This document shows positions 1 through 13,491 of a DNA stretch of 64,000 nt, one piece after another. The stretch covers positions 27,962,001-28,026,000 of the forward strand of contig NC_043007.1 in the NCBI RefSeq assembly GCF_006345805.1, given 5' to 3'. Origin of the DNA: Octopus sinensis (taxonomy: Eukaryota). How positions within the stretch are numbered: position 1 is the first letter of the stretch; the number at the start of each line of letters is the position of its first letter. A program made the translations under genes and the position numbers. The notes under the pieces were generated by a model that saw only the letters and a list, made by a program, of their open reading frames with translations, was not told the DNA's origin and ran no database searches.

Positions 1-164
1 AATTTTGTGAACAATAGCCTGTTCGCTTTTTAGGTTTCCAAACGGACCAATCGCTGGTTCGTACCACCTTCTGACGTAGAGAGTCCCTAGGGAGCGTCAG
101 TGAATCGGTGGGCTTCGTTCGAAAAACTATGGACATTTACGCTTTATAATATATTTACGCGCGT

Positions 165-459
165 GAAGGCGCAGTGGCCCAGTGGTTAGGGCAGCGGACT
201 CCCGGTTGGAGGAGCGCGGTTTCGATTCCCAGACCGGGCATTGTGATTGTTTATTGAGGTAAAACACGTAAGGTTCCACGAGCCTCCGTCAGGCGGTGGT
301 GGCGATCCCTGTTGTACTCTTTCGCTACAACTTTCTCTTACTCTTTCTTCTTAGCCAGCGGGGTCGCGTCATTTGAAGGCTAAAGCAATGCGAAACGCAT
401 TGTGACCAGCGATGTGTAGCAACATCTGATAGCCTGGTCGGTCACAGTCATCACGGTGA
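165..459 (+). mobile_element. SINE family A (tRNA-like head, tail type A1)
   Basis: A box TGGCCCAGTGG and B box GGTTTCGATTCC. Homologous to 43073-43377. Confidence 0.8.
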
Positions 460-466
460 TATATAT

Positions 467-693
467 AGGCGAGCTGGCAGAAACGTTAGCGCGCCGGACG
501 AAATGCCTAGCGGTATTTCGTCTGTCGTTACGTTCTGAGTTCAAATTCCGCCGAGGTCGACTTTGCCTTTCATCCTTTCGGGGTTGATAAATAAAGTGCC
601 AGTTTCGCTCTGGGGTCGATGTAATCGACTTAATCCCTTTGTCTGTCCTTGTTTGTCTCCTCTATGTTTGGCCCCTTGTGGGCAGTAAAGAAA
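467..693 (+). mobile_element. SINE family C
   Basis: GGCGAGCTGGCAGAAACGTTAGC...GAGTTCAAATTCCGCCGAGGTCGACTTTGCCTTTCATCCTTTCGGGG; at least 12 copies in the window. Confidence 0.8.
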
Positions 694-1179
694 TATATAT
701 ATACATTCATACATACATAGGTGCACACACACGCATAAATAGGTAAATGATAGTGAATGGAATGGCTGGGATCCTGTATTTAAAATCGCTATAAACGTGT
801 CGACACATTTTTACACCCATTGTACATTGGCGATATGCTGTGTAATCATTATTGCGAAGCCGAGGGGTTTGTTTAAACAATCTTCAATACGTCCTTCATT
901 ATATTCGACTGACATTTCACTCAGTGGGAAATGTACACATACACACACGTGTGGTATGTGAGTGCGCATATGCTCGCGCGTATTTTTGCATTATATTTGT
1001 ATAGGTGCCTATGTTCCGGACAATAGTTCACAAAGCATCACAATTCGCTGAATTCAGACCTGGAGCAGAGAAGGCATCTTATAGATGAGGTCACGAATGT
1101 CACAACAGGACTTTCACAAACCTAGGTGACTGACTGCCGAATCATATAGTAAATTAGTTAAGCGATAACTATTTTAATC

Positions 1180-1249
<70 letters not shown>

Positions 1250-1251
<2 letters not shown>

Positions 1252-1530
1252 GGTACTGAAACCTATTTGAAAATGATACCAGGCTTACCATTCGTACAGG
1301 AAGTGCAAAAAATCGTGTTTACTGGAAAGGCTCATGTACTGAGAAGAGCATTATCGCTATGAAAAGAACATCCATTCATGAATTTATTTATTTATTTATT
1401 TATTTATTTTTTAAATACATATTTTACCTATGAATTCGCGTGTGTAATCTGGGAATGCATAAAATGAGCTTCTCTGCCCTAGGTGTACGGAAAACACCCG
1501 GCGAGAAACGGAAGAAAATTTGAAGAAAGA
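1250..1530 (+). mobile_element. R4/Dong-like non-LTR retrotransposon 3' fragment in a (TAA)n tract
   Basis: Translates as YLKMIPGLPFVQEVQKIVFTGKAHVLRRALSL*, resembling an REL-endonuclease C-terminus. (TAA)n on both sides. Confidence 0.65.
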
Positions 1531-1532
1531 AG

Positions 1533-1601
<69 letters not shown>

Positions 1602-1625
1602 TAATAATGATAATAATAATAATAA

Positions 1626-1661
<36 letters not shown>

Positions 1662-1729
1662 AAGTAGTTGTGGGGAAGAGAAATGATGTAGGTAGAAATG
1701 TTCTATGAGACCTCCATAACAGCAACGAA

Positions 1730-1842
1730 CAAGTATTTGAGGAATTATGTACATTATTTACATTATTTACATTTGGCGGATATTTGTCCACATCTTGTTT
1801 GTTGTTAACATAAAGTTTCGGCTGATATACCATCCAGCCTAT
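1730..1842 (-). mobile_element. PLE-type terminal repeat fragment with the 3' half of an HHR
   Basis: Reverse complement reads AGGCTGGATGGTATATCAGCCGAAACTT...AAATAATGTAAATAATGTAC. Homologous to 44734-44830. Confidence 0.65.
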
Positions 1843-2684
1843 ACACTCACAAAAGCACACCTACATACATACACACATAGACACACATTCACACGCACAC
1901 ATACACACATCCGGCCGGTTTCCACACAATTCCCTTCCACTAAATTCATTCATTAGTCTATCCGGGGCTAGAGTAGAAGGCATTTGTCCAAGGTGCAGCG
2001 CTGAGGGACTTGAGCAGAACCAACGCAGTTGTAAAGCGAACTTGCTAACTACTCGCCCACGCCTGCAGAGTAATGAGCTTGGAATTGTAAGTCGATAGCC
2101 GCCAAGTTATATTTATATCATTAACCTCCGAAATATTCTAAGGGAACTGTTGAAGGCCACTACTTCAAGTCACAGACGTTACGCCATCACATACGCCGGC
2201 CTGAAGCTGGTGAATGCATTGCAGAAAAAAACGCCGCCAATGGACCGAGATAGCTTTGCATTGCAGGGCACAGAAGAAATAAATATGATTCTTATCTTTT
2301 GAGCGTAGATGAACATGCGCGAATACACGCTGACGCAGACATATATGCATGAGTGTATACACAAGGAAATGTATATATATGTATATATATATATGCATGT
2401 ATGTGTGTATGTATGTATGTATGTATGTATGTATGTATGTATGTATGTATGTATGTATGTATGTGTGTGTAGATTAGAAATGACAGATAGATTGATAGAT
2501 TGATCGCTAGTTTTAAGCTGCAATGGAAATACTTTAATCAGAAAACTTGTTAGATAAATAGATTATACGAGCAGATTTATCAATAGATTGAAATTATATG
2601 TCGCCCCTCAGCTCATATATAATTTTACTTATATAGATATGTATGTACATAGATATATAGATATATACAATACACATACCACAC

Positions 2685-2722
<38 letters not shown>

Positions 2723-3053
2723 GCAAGTATATATATATTATATATATACATATATACATATAATACATATATACATTTATATGTATACATGTATATGTAT
2801 ATATGTAAATATACATAATATATATGTATAACTATATAAATATACATATATATATATTATATGTATAACTATATAAATATATATTTATCAAAACTGTATA
2901 TGCATGTATGCATATATATGTATGCATGTATACGTACACACGTATGTATACATATATATATATGTGGTGTGTATATATTATATGTATGTATACATACGTA
3001 CATATACATGTTTATATATAGAAATATATATAATTATTATACATATATATATC

Positions 3054-3097
<44 letters not shown>

Positions 3098-3223
3098 AAT
3101 ATATATAATTATATCATATATATATATCCATACATATATATTATATAATATATATATATATATATAATATATATATATATATATAATATGTATATGCACA
3201 CAAATATGTATGCATATATAGAT

Positions 3224-3254
<31 letters not shown>

Positions 3255-4483
3255 ATATATATATATAAACACACACACATATACAATATATAAATCTCTA
3301 AATCTCAGTGTTTAATTCTATTTATTCGTGTACGGATGTATGTGTGTGTGTTCGTGTGTGTGTGTGTGTGTGTGTGCGTGTGTGTGTGTGTGAGTGTCCA
3401 GATATGTATGCATGTATGTAAACGCGCACATGAACACACTCTTCGCGTGTGTATATATATGTGTGTGTGTATGTACTTGTGTATAAGTTTCTGATAATAA
3501 ATGTATATGCATTTGTACAAGTCAGTTTATATTTATGCACCTTTATTAGTCTCTCTTTCTCCTTAAACCTCTCCTCTTCAAGTCTTCTCCGCTCTCTATC
3601 TTTCTCTGTCTCTGTCTCTGTCTCTCTTTCTCTGTCTCTGTCTCTCTCTCTCTCTTTCTCTGTCTCTGTCTCTCTCTCTCTCTCTTTCTCTCTCTACATC
3701 TCTTTAGCTTTCTGTCTGTCACTCTCGCTCTCTCTCTCCTCTTCTTTCATTCCCATCATTTTACTTTTTTCTGTCCGTTGTGCTCTTCCCTCTCTGTCTC
3801 TCCCTCTCTCTCTGCCTCGCACTACCTCTCCCTCTCTCTAGCACCCTGTCTGTTTCGCTCTCTCCTTTCTTTTCTCTCCGTCTCTCCCCTCCCTTTCCGT
3901 CTCCGTCTCTTTCTCATCAAACTAGTAATTATTATTGCTGTTTTTTTTTCTTCATGATGGAACCGGGTTTTCATTTACCATTTCTGTTCGCCATCGACCA
4001 AAATAATCGCCACCGGGACACACTACCCCAAACCCCACCACCGCACCGCTTCACCACCATCAATCAACCCAAAACCTTATTAACAACATTAACAACACCA
4101 ACAATAGTATACCTGCCTAGGCTCGACTGCAGACAGCGACCACAAACAACAACAACAACAACAACAACATATATATATATATACAACAAGCAACAACAAC
4201 AACAACAGCAACAGCAATAGCAGTAACACCGACAGCATGAATGATTACATGGCGAATACAGTTTGCATTACCAATAACCAGACTGCCCAAAACACCAGGA
4301 AACCTAAATCGGACGAACGGCCCCCACCAAGGACCCCCAACAGCACCTACACGTCTTTCAGACCGCCGTTTACCAACATCGTTGTAAAAACTGAAACAAC
4401 AAAAAAACATCAAAATCAAAACCAAACGAACGCACGAATAAAGGGGAAAAACTTGAGCTAATAATATCTATCTATATATATAC

Positions 4484-4937
<454 letters not shown>

Positions 4938-4953
4938 TATATATATCACTTAT

Positions 4954-4986
<33 letters not shown>

Positions 4987-4992
4987 GAGTTA

Positions 4993-6194
4993 TACATGAA
5001 GCTATAGCTTTCTAAGTTCATTCATAGTTGCCTCTCTTAGATATATTCAATTGACAAAAGCCTAAATAGCTCGAAATATCGACGCTTGAGATTCCTAATA
5101 GATGACGACTCTGATTGAATCGGTGTGTTCACACCTTTCCAGCATGAGAGGCGCAGTTGCAACACTCCTGTCACAACCTGGGGCCTTGAAAACTGCTATA
5201 ACGCATGAAAGTATACTAGTCCCTTAATATTTGATATTCAACATTTCATCTATTCAAAACGACAATCAATACTTCATTTCATTATACTATATATTCTATA
5301 TTCTACATTGATATTATAAAGAATATAAATAAAACATAAAAAACAGAGTTGGAATTTCTTTGAATAATATATATCCCCCCTCTATACACAATCATGCAAC
5401 TCCCTTTTTATTTATATATGTGACCGTGTGTGTAGCGTTGGCGATTTTTTACCTGTTTTTTTCCCTCTGTCTTTCTTTCTCTGGATCTTTCCTTCTCCTA
5501 TGTTTCCGACGAAGAGCTCCGCTCGAAACGTTAAACCCTCCTTCTTTCCTTCTTTCCTGAGCGTCCAATAATACTTTATTTGTTCCACGTCCTCGCGTTT
5601 TGTTTTTTTGTGCTTTCATGTTTGGATTAACTTTATATACATATATATATATGTTTGACATATTTCAACTGCTAAAAGGCAAACACTGCAGTTTCCGTGG
5701 AGAATAAATCTCTCTCATGGTAAAAATATATGACAACACAACGCTTCGCTCAGCTATAGTGTCTCCATCTATTAGGAAAATCAGACATCGATGTTTGGAG
5801 CTAATTTGGCTCTCGTCGAAAAGAGGCAACTCCGAACGAACTTAGGAAGCTTTAGCTAATTGACTCATTTGCCTCAATGTTGCTTATACTTAAGCACTTC
5901 TTCGTGCTATCGCTTCGTTGGTTACCTCGATTAGGCGATCTACTAGCGCAAATAAGTCAATGTATTGACAATGTATCTACTAGCGCAAATCAGTCAATGC
6001 ATTGAATGTATAACCAGTCAATGTACTGACTGGTTATACATAAAGCTATAGCTTTCTAAGTTCATTCATAGTTGCCTCTCTTAGGTATATCTAATTGACT
6101 ATAGCCAAAATAGGTCGAAATATCGACGCCTGAGATTCCTAATAGAAAGCAACTGTGAGCGAATCGGTGTTTTCACACCTTTTTAGCATGAGAG
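4993..6194. repeat. Unclassified repeat with three copies of a 100-155 bp unit in +,-,+ orientation
   Basis: GCTATAGCTTTCTAAGTTCATTCATAGTTGCCTCTCTT at about 5000 and 6045; diverged reverse complement at about 5760-5857. Confidence 0.6.
5502..5536 (+). ncRNA. Minimal type-I HHR-like motif (variant core) in a PLE-type repeat
   Basis: GTTT-CCGACGA-A-GAGC(TCC)GCTC-GAA-ACGT-T-AAAC. Stems I and II pair. Confidence 0.55.
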
Positions 6195-6522
6195 ATACTT
6201 ATTCTCCACGGTATCCCTGCTGTGTATTTGTCATTTAGCAGTTCAAATATGTCACAAGCATATCTCTATTAGCCTAAATTCTGCTCATATCTAAACACTT
6301 CCTCGCGCTAACACTTCCTTATATATATTCATATCTCTGTTTGTGTACATATATATAAAGAAAGACGCGTGCGCAGGGACAGCCACATGCATCAAACAAC
6401 GACACAGATTAAATGATATGCCAATGCATGTTTGTATGAATATGAACATGGTCGTATTTAGTAACATACTTATTATTGCATTTTCTAAATTAATTCTAAT
6501 AAAATTGTTTCCAAAACAACTA

Positions 6523-6752
6523 CCTATTTTTTTACTGCCCACAAGGGGCTAAACACAGAGGGGACAAACAAGGACAGACAAACGGATTAAGTCGATTATA
6601 TCGACACCAGTGCGCAACTGGTATTTAATTTATCGACCCCGAAAGGATGAAAGGAAAAATCGGCCTCGGCAGAATTTGAACTCAGAACGTAACGGCAGAC
6701 AAAGTGCGGCTACGCATGTCGCCCGGCGTGCTAACGTTTCTACCAGCTCGCT
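6523..6752 (-). mobile_element. SINE family C
   Basis: Reverse complement of the 467-693 consensus. Confidence 0.8.
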
Positions 6753-6902
6753 TTCAGAATACTTTATATTAGTGGCTGTTACACGACTCCGACGACTAAC
6801 AATGAAAACAACACATACAACGAAATACAAATTTGTACAAACAGACGTGCACGACCATGCGTGTGTGCATGCATGCGTATGCATGTATGTATGTATGTAT
6901 GT

Positions 6903-6980
<78 letters not shown>

Positions 6981-7006
6981 TGATTGATAGAGAGATCGAT
7001 AGATAG

Positions 7007-7049
<43 letters not shown>

Positions 7050-7395
7050 TAGACAGATAAATAGATAGGTAGATACGGAGGTAGACAGATAGGTAGGATG
7101 TTATGTAGGTAGCTAGGTAGGTAGGTAGGTAGGTAGGTAGACTGATTGATTGATAGATAGCAATATATACACACACACATATATATATATAAATATATAA
7201 CTGTATGTATATATAAATATATATATATGTATACATGTATATCTGTATGTGTGTGTGTATATATATATATATACCTATGTATGTATACGTACCTGTATAA
7301 ATCGATTTCTCAGTGCCTCTCTCACCTATCTCTCTCTCTCTCTCACTCTTGATATATAGGTATAGGTATAGATTGATAGATACAGATACAGATAC

Positions 7396-7480
<85 letters not shown>

Positions 7481-7699
7481 AACCAAAATAAGCGTATGTA
7501 TGCCGGGCCTTGGTTGGGCCGACAGTTCTGTTTCCGTTGTGGTTTTCAATATTGAAGCATTTAATATAAATGCCTTTTCTTCGTTTTTTCGTTCTTTTGT
7601 CATTTATTTGTATATTTAGGTATTTATTTATTAGAATTTGAGTAACAAAAAAAGAAGCAACAGGACATAATCGGAAAGAAGGGAAAGATAAATGTACGA

Positions 7700-7783
7700 A
7701 ATAATAGGATTACTACCAAGAACCATCACTACCACCACCACCACCACCACTACCGACACTACTACTTCTACAGCAACTACCAC

Positions 7784-7824
<41 letters not shown>

Positions 7825-8360
7825 CCAGTAGTAGTAGTAGTAACATCGTGATATCGCTGTTTAGAATGATGATGCTGGTGGTGGGGTTGTCGTTTTGCTA
7901 TTGATGTTGGCTGTGATGGATGATGGTGATGGTGAGGGTGATGTTGGTTGTGATGGTGGTTGTGATGGTAGTTGTTGATGTGGTGGTGGTGGTGGTGTTG
8001 CGGGTGCTAGTTGTTACGGGGGATGAGTTTGTGGGTGGTGATGATGGTGGTGGAGGTTGCGGTGGGGTTTGTGGTGGTGATGCTGCTGCTAGTGCTGGTG
8101 GTGGTTGTGGTAGTTGCTGTTCTTGTTCTTGTTGTAGTGGTGATGGTGGTGGTGGTGGTAGTTGATGGTGCGGGTGCTAGTTGTTACGGGGGAGGAGATT
8201 GTGGTGACGATAGTGGTGGAGATTGCTGCTACTTGTGGTGATGTTGGTTGCTGTTGTTGTTGTTGTGGTGGCGATGGTGGTCATGGTGATGGTAGTAGTG
8301 GCGGTGTGGTTTCTGCTACTGGTGCTGGTGTTGTTGTAGATAGAGACGGTTGCGATGGTG
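7700..8360. repeat. Compound trinucleotide low-complexity tract (ACC/AGT/GGT/GTT/GAT)
   Basis: Read directly from sequence. Confidence 0.85.
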
Positions 8361-9056
8361 CTGTTAAAACTACAGATCTAATCGTAGTCACGGAAGGTGT
8401 ATTTTTTTTAAAGCAATGACGGTGGATAGTGCAATATGCTTAGGTGGTTTGACTGATCGTATTAATGCCAGAGAATGAAATCCTAGCACCTGTGATAGCA
8501 GCGCCAGAAGTGGCGGCAACGGCGGCGATGGAGGCACTGATAGTGCCGCTGATAACAGTGGTACTCTTTATAATATAGATGTCCGAGGAGGCAGGGTCTG
8601 AAATGTTCCTGTCTTTGAGGATGTCACGAAAGATCTGGATGGAGGCCTAGCATTCCGAGTTCTTTTACAGGGATTAGGAAAATTGAAAAACCTGCAACAA
8701 GTGTGTGAATCAGGAGAGGGGAATATGTTGAATAAAATCATAATTAAGTGATCCTTCTGTATTTCCTTTTAATCGAAAGCCAGGAACTTATTAGCGGCTC
8801 TTCGTGTGTGCGATATCATCGCTTGCATTTTACTTGAGACAGTCATCGGACTCTGGTCAGGCTGGGGCACCGTCTTGAAGAGTTTTAGTCAGAGAAATGG
8901 GCCCTTGTGTTTACTTTTTGAGTATGACACTTATTCGGCAGTCTCTTTAGTTCCTTGGTAGTGATCCTTTAGTCGCAGGGACCAAAGTAAACCACCACCG
9001 CTTTTCAAGTATTTGTGGCAGTCAGACATTTAGAAAGAAACACAAACGCACACACA

Positions 9057-9104
<48 letters not shown>

Positions 9105-9134
9105 CACGTAGACATTTATATATGTCTGTATATA

Positions 9135-9275
9135 TTAGGTTTTCCCAAAAGTTCGCAAACACTTGCAAAAATTGAATTTTTACTCGCTAAGTACGAACAA
9201 AAACAACAAAAATTATTCCTCAAAATAAAGACCATTATTTTCCATGACTTTCTACGAACTTTTGGGACAACCTTG
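9135..9275. mobile_element. About 140-bp mariner-type MITE
   Basis: Imperfect TIRs: GGTTTTCCCAAAAGTTCGCAAAC and the reverse complement of GGTTGTCCCAAAAGTTCGTAGAAA. TA flanks. Confidence 0.5.
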
Positions 9276-9763
9276 TATTTGTATAATGAAAAGGACAGCA
9301 AATAAAGAAAAACTATCCAGTGCATTGGTGGATAAACATTCTTTATCTATGGAATATAAGGAAACCAATGGTTTCACACAAAAGAACTCCAGAATTGTTC
9401 AAGTAAACCATTTGAAAATGTTGGTACTTTTGTTATTTGTCTTATGAATATATATGGCTGTTTGGGTATAAACTTAGCTTTATATTCATGTGTTTTGGGG
9501 TCCAGTTCCACTCTGTGGCACCGTGATCGGATACTTCTCACGGTACCAGCAGGTGGATTGATGTCGTGTGATAGAATTTAGTTGACGGAAACTGTTAGTT
9601 GCTGTATAGATTGCGACGTGGTGATAATCCGTGTTAGAATGAAAGGAATGTATTTTAGTGAATACGTTCGTGTGCCGACGCGTGTGTATATATTCACATA
9701 TATTTTTGTGTGTGTATGTGTGTGCCTGTGTATATATATGTAGGAGTGAGTCAAATATGTACC

Positions 9764-9801
<38 letters not shown>

Positions 9802-9985
9802 CATATATACATATAAAAATACTGGCTATAACTAGATTTTTTTCTTCTCGCTAGACCACTGGTAGCAAAGAAATTTTTCTAATTTTTTTGGGGTACCCTG
9901 AGATTTATTAATTTACATATATATACATATATATATATGTATGTATGTATATGTATATATATATATATAAACACACTCGTATATA

Positions 9986-10198
9986 TTCGTTTCTACTCCA
10001 GGCACAAGGCACGAAATTTGGGGGGAGAAGGACAGTCGATTAGATCGACTCCAGTACACAACTGGTACTTAATTTATCGACCCTGAAAAGATGAAAGGCA
10101 AAGTCGACCTCGGCGGAATTTGAACTCAGAACATAAAGACAGACAAACTACCGCTAAGCATTTCACCCGGCATGCTAACGTTTCTGCCAGCTCGCCGC
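9986..10198 (-). mobile_element. SINE family C, alternative tail C2
   Basis: Same head and core as C, with tail ...AAATTTCGTGCCTTGTGCCTGGAGTAGAAA. Confidence 0.75.
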
Positions 10199-11656
10199 GT
10201 TCATCATGCATGTATATATTGATATATGTGTAAATACATACAGATAGACAGATAGACAGACAGACAGATAGGGAGGCAGACAGGTAGGTAGGCAGCAGAA
10301 GATAGACAGGAAGACAGACGGACAAACAGACATATAGATATGTCTTAAGAAGAAAAATGATAACTTTCATTGCTTACTAGAATGTCCTAATTCTTGGATC
10401 CTGAGTAAATATACAGCCATCTAAGTCATCTGTACTTCATTCCACGTGAAAATTATGTCCGTGAAGTTCTCTTCGGCAACGTAGAATGTAGATTATAGGG
10501 TTCGGTCGCATATGTATTTGAACAATGAACGGCACCGGATTGGCTGAGTCGTTAAAGCGAAAGATGAAAACGACTAGCGTTAATTTTTTGACTCTCTGGG
10601 TTCAAATCCGACTGACAACAGCGTTGTTTTCTAACTTTCGGTGTCGAAGTAAGAAGTAAGAAAGAAAAGAAACGTCTTCTGACTTCGATTGGTGGGAACA
10701 GTTTTGGTTTATATGAGATGCCGCCTGGTATTAGTCCAATCATTTCTTTGGGTTCTGATTTCTTGATAGAAGCCGTGATCCATCGCTCAGAAACATTATT
10801 TGTTCCTTGGTTAGTGTTTGGCACTTGGTTGTAGACTTAATTCGTTGCTTATTTTCCAACCGCCACCTGGTCTTAGCGTGTCTTTAGAGAATTTGCTGCG
10901 TGGCGCATTTGTGTTAGATTTAATCCATCGCCCAACTTAATGTCACAACCAATTTTTTCTGTTGCCATTAGCGAAGCTCCTGTATTGCAGTATTCTGAGA
11001 AAGTCTCCAGTTTGATGATAGCAATTTCCATTTATCCCTGCAGTCTGGATAACTCATTCTTTCTTGACTAATAGATAAATAAATAACTTTTCAGGTTTCG
11101 CGGCTCATCTTCCCTCTCAAGATGCCGAGATAAATTTGCACAAATCTTCTTATTAAATTGTTAATAAAACCGTATTTGGTTCAATGTTTGCATGAACGTA
11201 CAGTGTCGGTGACTTTCAATAACTACTAGAGTACCAATATATAGTATGTCTTGTATAAAAGCAGGTAGCTTATGATGCCACGTTTAAAATATATTTAATC
11301 AACAGGAAGAAAAAATACAGCATCGTCAACAGACAGGAATATGTTTACATGCGGGACTATATTTATATTTACACCGGTTTAAAACCTGTTGTCTTTTCAT
11401 GGACTGCTCCTCTATGTTTCGTATTTTAGAGCTCCGACGAATACAGAGGGATAAGTACTGAAATTCGTAAGAGCAAATATATATCATAGAATATGACACG
11501 CCAGCATGACTGCAGTCCAACGACTGAAACCAGTAAGAGATTAAAGGAATAGAGGAATGCCGGAATGTTTATCAATCACATCAGTGACATTCTGCTATAA
11601 AGCAAGCTAAATAGGGAAGCTGTGCCAAGTCTCAGCAAATAGAGATAACAGTTTGC

Positions 11657-11668
11657 TATGACGTCATA
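11657..11668. promoter_or_regulatory. Perfect CRE palindrome (TATGACGTCATA) about 350 bp upstream of the TSSK ATG
   Basis: TGACGTCA at 11659-11666, inside a 12-bp palindrome. Function is inferred. Confidence 0.45.
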
Positions 11669-11981
11669 AAAGAAAGAAAAGCAACTCTTGATGATACGAA
11701 GAAAAAGAGAAAAAAAGATGCGTTAAATTAAAATTTATAGAAGTATTGTATTTTTTTTTTATTTCGCCTTACTGTTTATTATTAAATTAAATTTATTTAT
11801 TTTTTATTGTTCGTTTCATAAAAAATATGGAAGCGAAATGATTTTCTCTGGTTACAAATTCGATATTTTCGAAATTTTCGATCAAACAAGTACAAACGTA
11901 AACGGAAATATTTGTCTAAAAGCCATCGCCATCTTCGACCAAAAAGAAAAGGAACCGCCACCTTTATTACTCACAACCGAA

Positions 11982-12014
11982 ATGACAAAATGTCATGTTT
12001 ATCACTGTGTGTAA
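11982..12014 (+). other. 10-codon uORF (MTKCHVYHCV*) in frame with the TSSK ATG and ending 3 nt before it
   Basis: ATG at 11982, TAA at 12012-12014. Relevant only if this stretch is transcribed. Confidence 0.4.
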
Positions 12015-12017
12015 ATC

Positions 12018-12305
12018 ATGACTGCTGAATCGAAAAACAGCAAAGCTTCACGATTTATTGAGGATTCGTCAATAGAGATAAGCGGATATAAATTTGGCCC
12101 TACCATTGGTCACGGATCGTATAGTAAAGTTAAACTGGGCTTTAGTGAGAACGAGCGCAAAAAGGTTGCCATCAAAATCCTTGATTTGACTAAAATTCCG
12201 TCTGAATTCAGGGATCGGTTTCTACCAAGAGAGATTGAAATAGTTCAAGCGGTTAAACATCCAAACATAGCTAATGTGTATGAGATTCTCACCATCGAAA
12301 AAAAG
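12018..12305 (+). CDS. TSSK: TSSK-family kinase exon 1 (96 codons: MTAESK...GHGSYSKVK...VAIK...FLPRE...HPNI...TIEKK)
   Basis: ATG at 12018. Gly-rich loop GHGSYSKV, VAIK lysine and TSSK-typical FLPREI are present. Donor AAG|GTTAGT at 12306, phase 0. Confidence 0.95.
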
Positions 12306-12442
12306 GTTAGTTCATTTATATATCAATTCTTATACATATACATCCATATATACACAAATACCTAATCGTTTTGAGTACTAGTATGTTAGCTCCCTTCTCA
12401 TCGCCCATTTACGTATGGGTGTGCACACGCATGTGCATCGAT

Positions 12443-12532
<90 letters not shown>

Positions 12533-12536
<4 letters not shown>

Positions 12537-12810
12537 TTAGCCTTCGAATGACGCCATCCCGCTGGCTAAGCGAGCAGGCCAACAGAAGAAAGAGTGAGAG
12601 AAAGAGTGGTGAAATAGTACAGCAGGGATCACCACCCTCTGCCGGAGCCTCGTGGAGCTTTTAGGTGTTTTCGCTCAATAAACATTCACAACGCCCGGTC
12701 TCGGAATCGAAACCGCGATCCTACGACCGCGAGTCCGCTGCCCTAACCACGCGTTGTGACCAGCGATGTGTAACTACATCTGATCGACTGGTCGGTCACG
12801 TGATCACGTG

Positions 12811-12811
<1 letters not shown>
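12533..12811. mobile_element. SINE family A (A1) with an inverted 5' part
   Basis: 12533-12750 is the head and body on the - strand; 12751-12811 is the tail on the + strand. Confidence 0.75.
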
Positions 12812-12840
<29 letters not shown>

Positions 12841-12842
<2 letters not shown>

Positions 12843-12960
12843 GACGAACGGCAACGTGAAACTCAGAGTAACAGGTTTTGTTGAATTTTCTGCTGCTTTA
12901 AATAAAGCATATTACTCTACCACTGGTATTTGAGTACTCTTTTTTCCACCTTGTTTCACA
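12841..12960 (+). mobile_element. PLE-type repeat starting with a 5'-truncated HHR
   Basis: CGACGA-ACG(GCAA)CGT-GAA-ACTCAGAGT-A-ACAG. Homologous to 33118-33260. Confidence 0.6.
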
Positions 12961-12978
12961 TTTATGTGTTTACTCCGG

Positions 12979-13048
<70 letters not shown>

Positions 13049-13056
13049 TATATATA

Positions 13057-13100
<44 letters not shown>

Positions 13101-13491
13101 TTTTATATGCGCGTTGATTAATATTTATCATATAATTAATAAAACTGTTAAAACAATCGTAAACGAATATAACAGACACGCACTGTCTCAGCTCACTTCT
13201 CTTGTATGTAATGTATAATATATATATATATTATTGATGAAGTTGTTTAGGGGTAGAGTCATATTTAGGGTTACGGTTACGCCGAAACTGGTGGTGTGTG
13301 TATATATATATGATTGATGAAGGTGTTTAGGGGTAGGGTTATATTTAGGGCTACGGTTACGCCGAAAACTGTTGATGTGCGTATTTATTTATGACTTTGG
13401 TTGATTCAGCCTGTTATAAGTGCCTGTCGGTGCAACTAACAGTTGCAAGCAGATGACAAGACCAAAATAAAATATTGTTAATCTTTCCCGT

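Noticed and set aside
165-250. tRNA-like sequences at SINE heads (also 10535-10615 and 44385-44455)
   Set aside because: A/B boxes are present, but no complete cloverleaf or acceptor stem, and they run into repeat bodies. Not called as tRNA genes.
990-1130. Exon-like segment on the + strand
   Set aside because: Every frame hits a stop before the candidate donor, and there is no homology signal.
8480-8700. Possible minus-strand terminal exon (FFNFPNPCKRTR...SIL*)
   Set aside because: Only a weak acceptor; no partner exons or recognisable motif.
10552-11075. Minus-strand ORF 10552-10824 and adjacent unique sequence
   Set aside because: Multiple stops in all extended frames, no recognisable domain, and no consistent splice sites.
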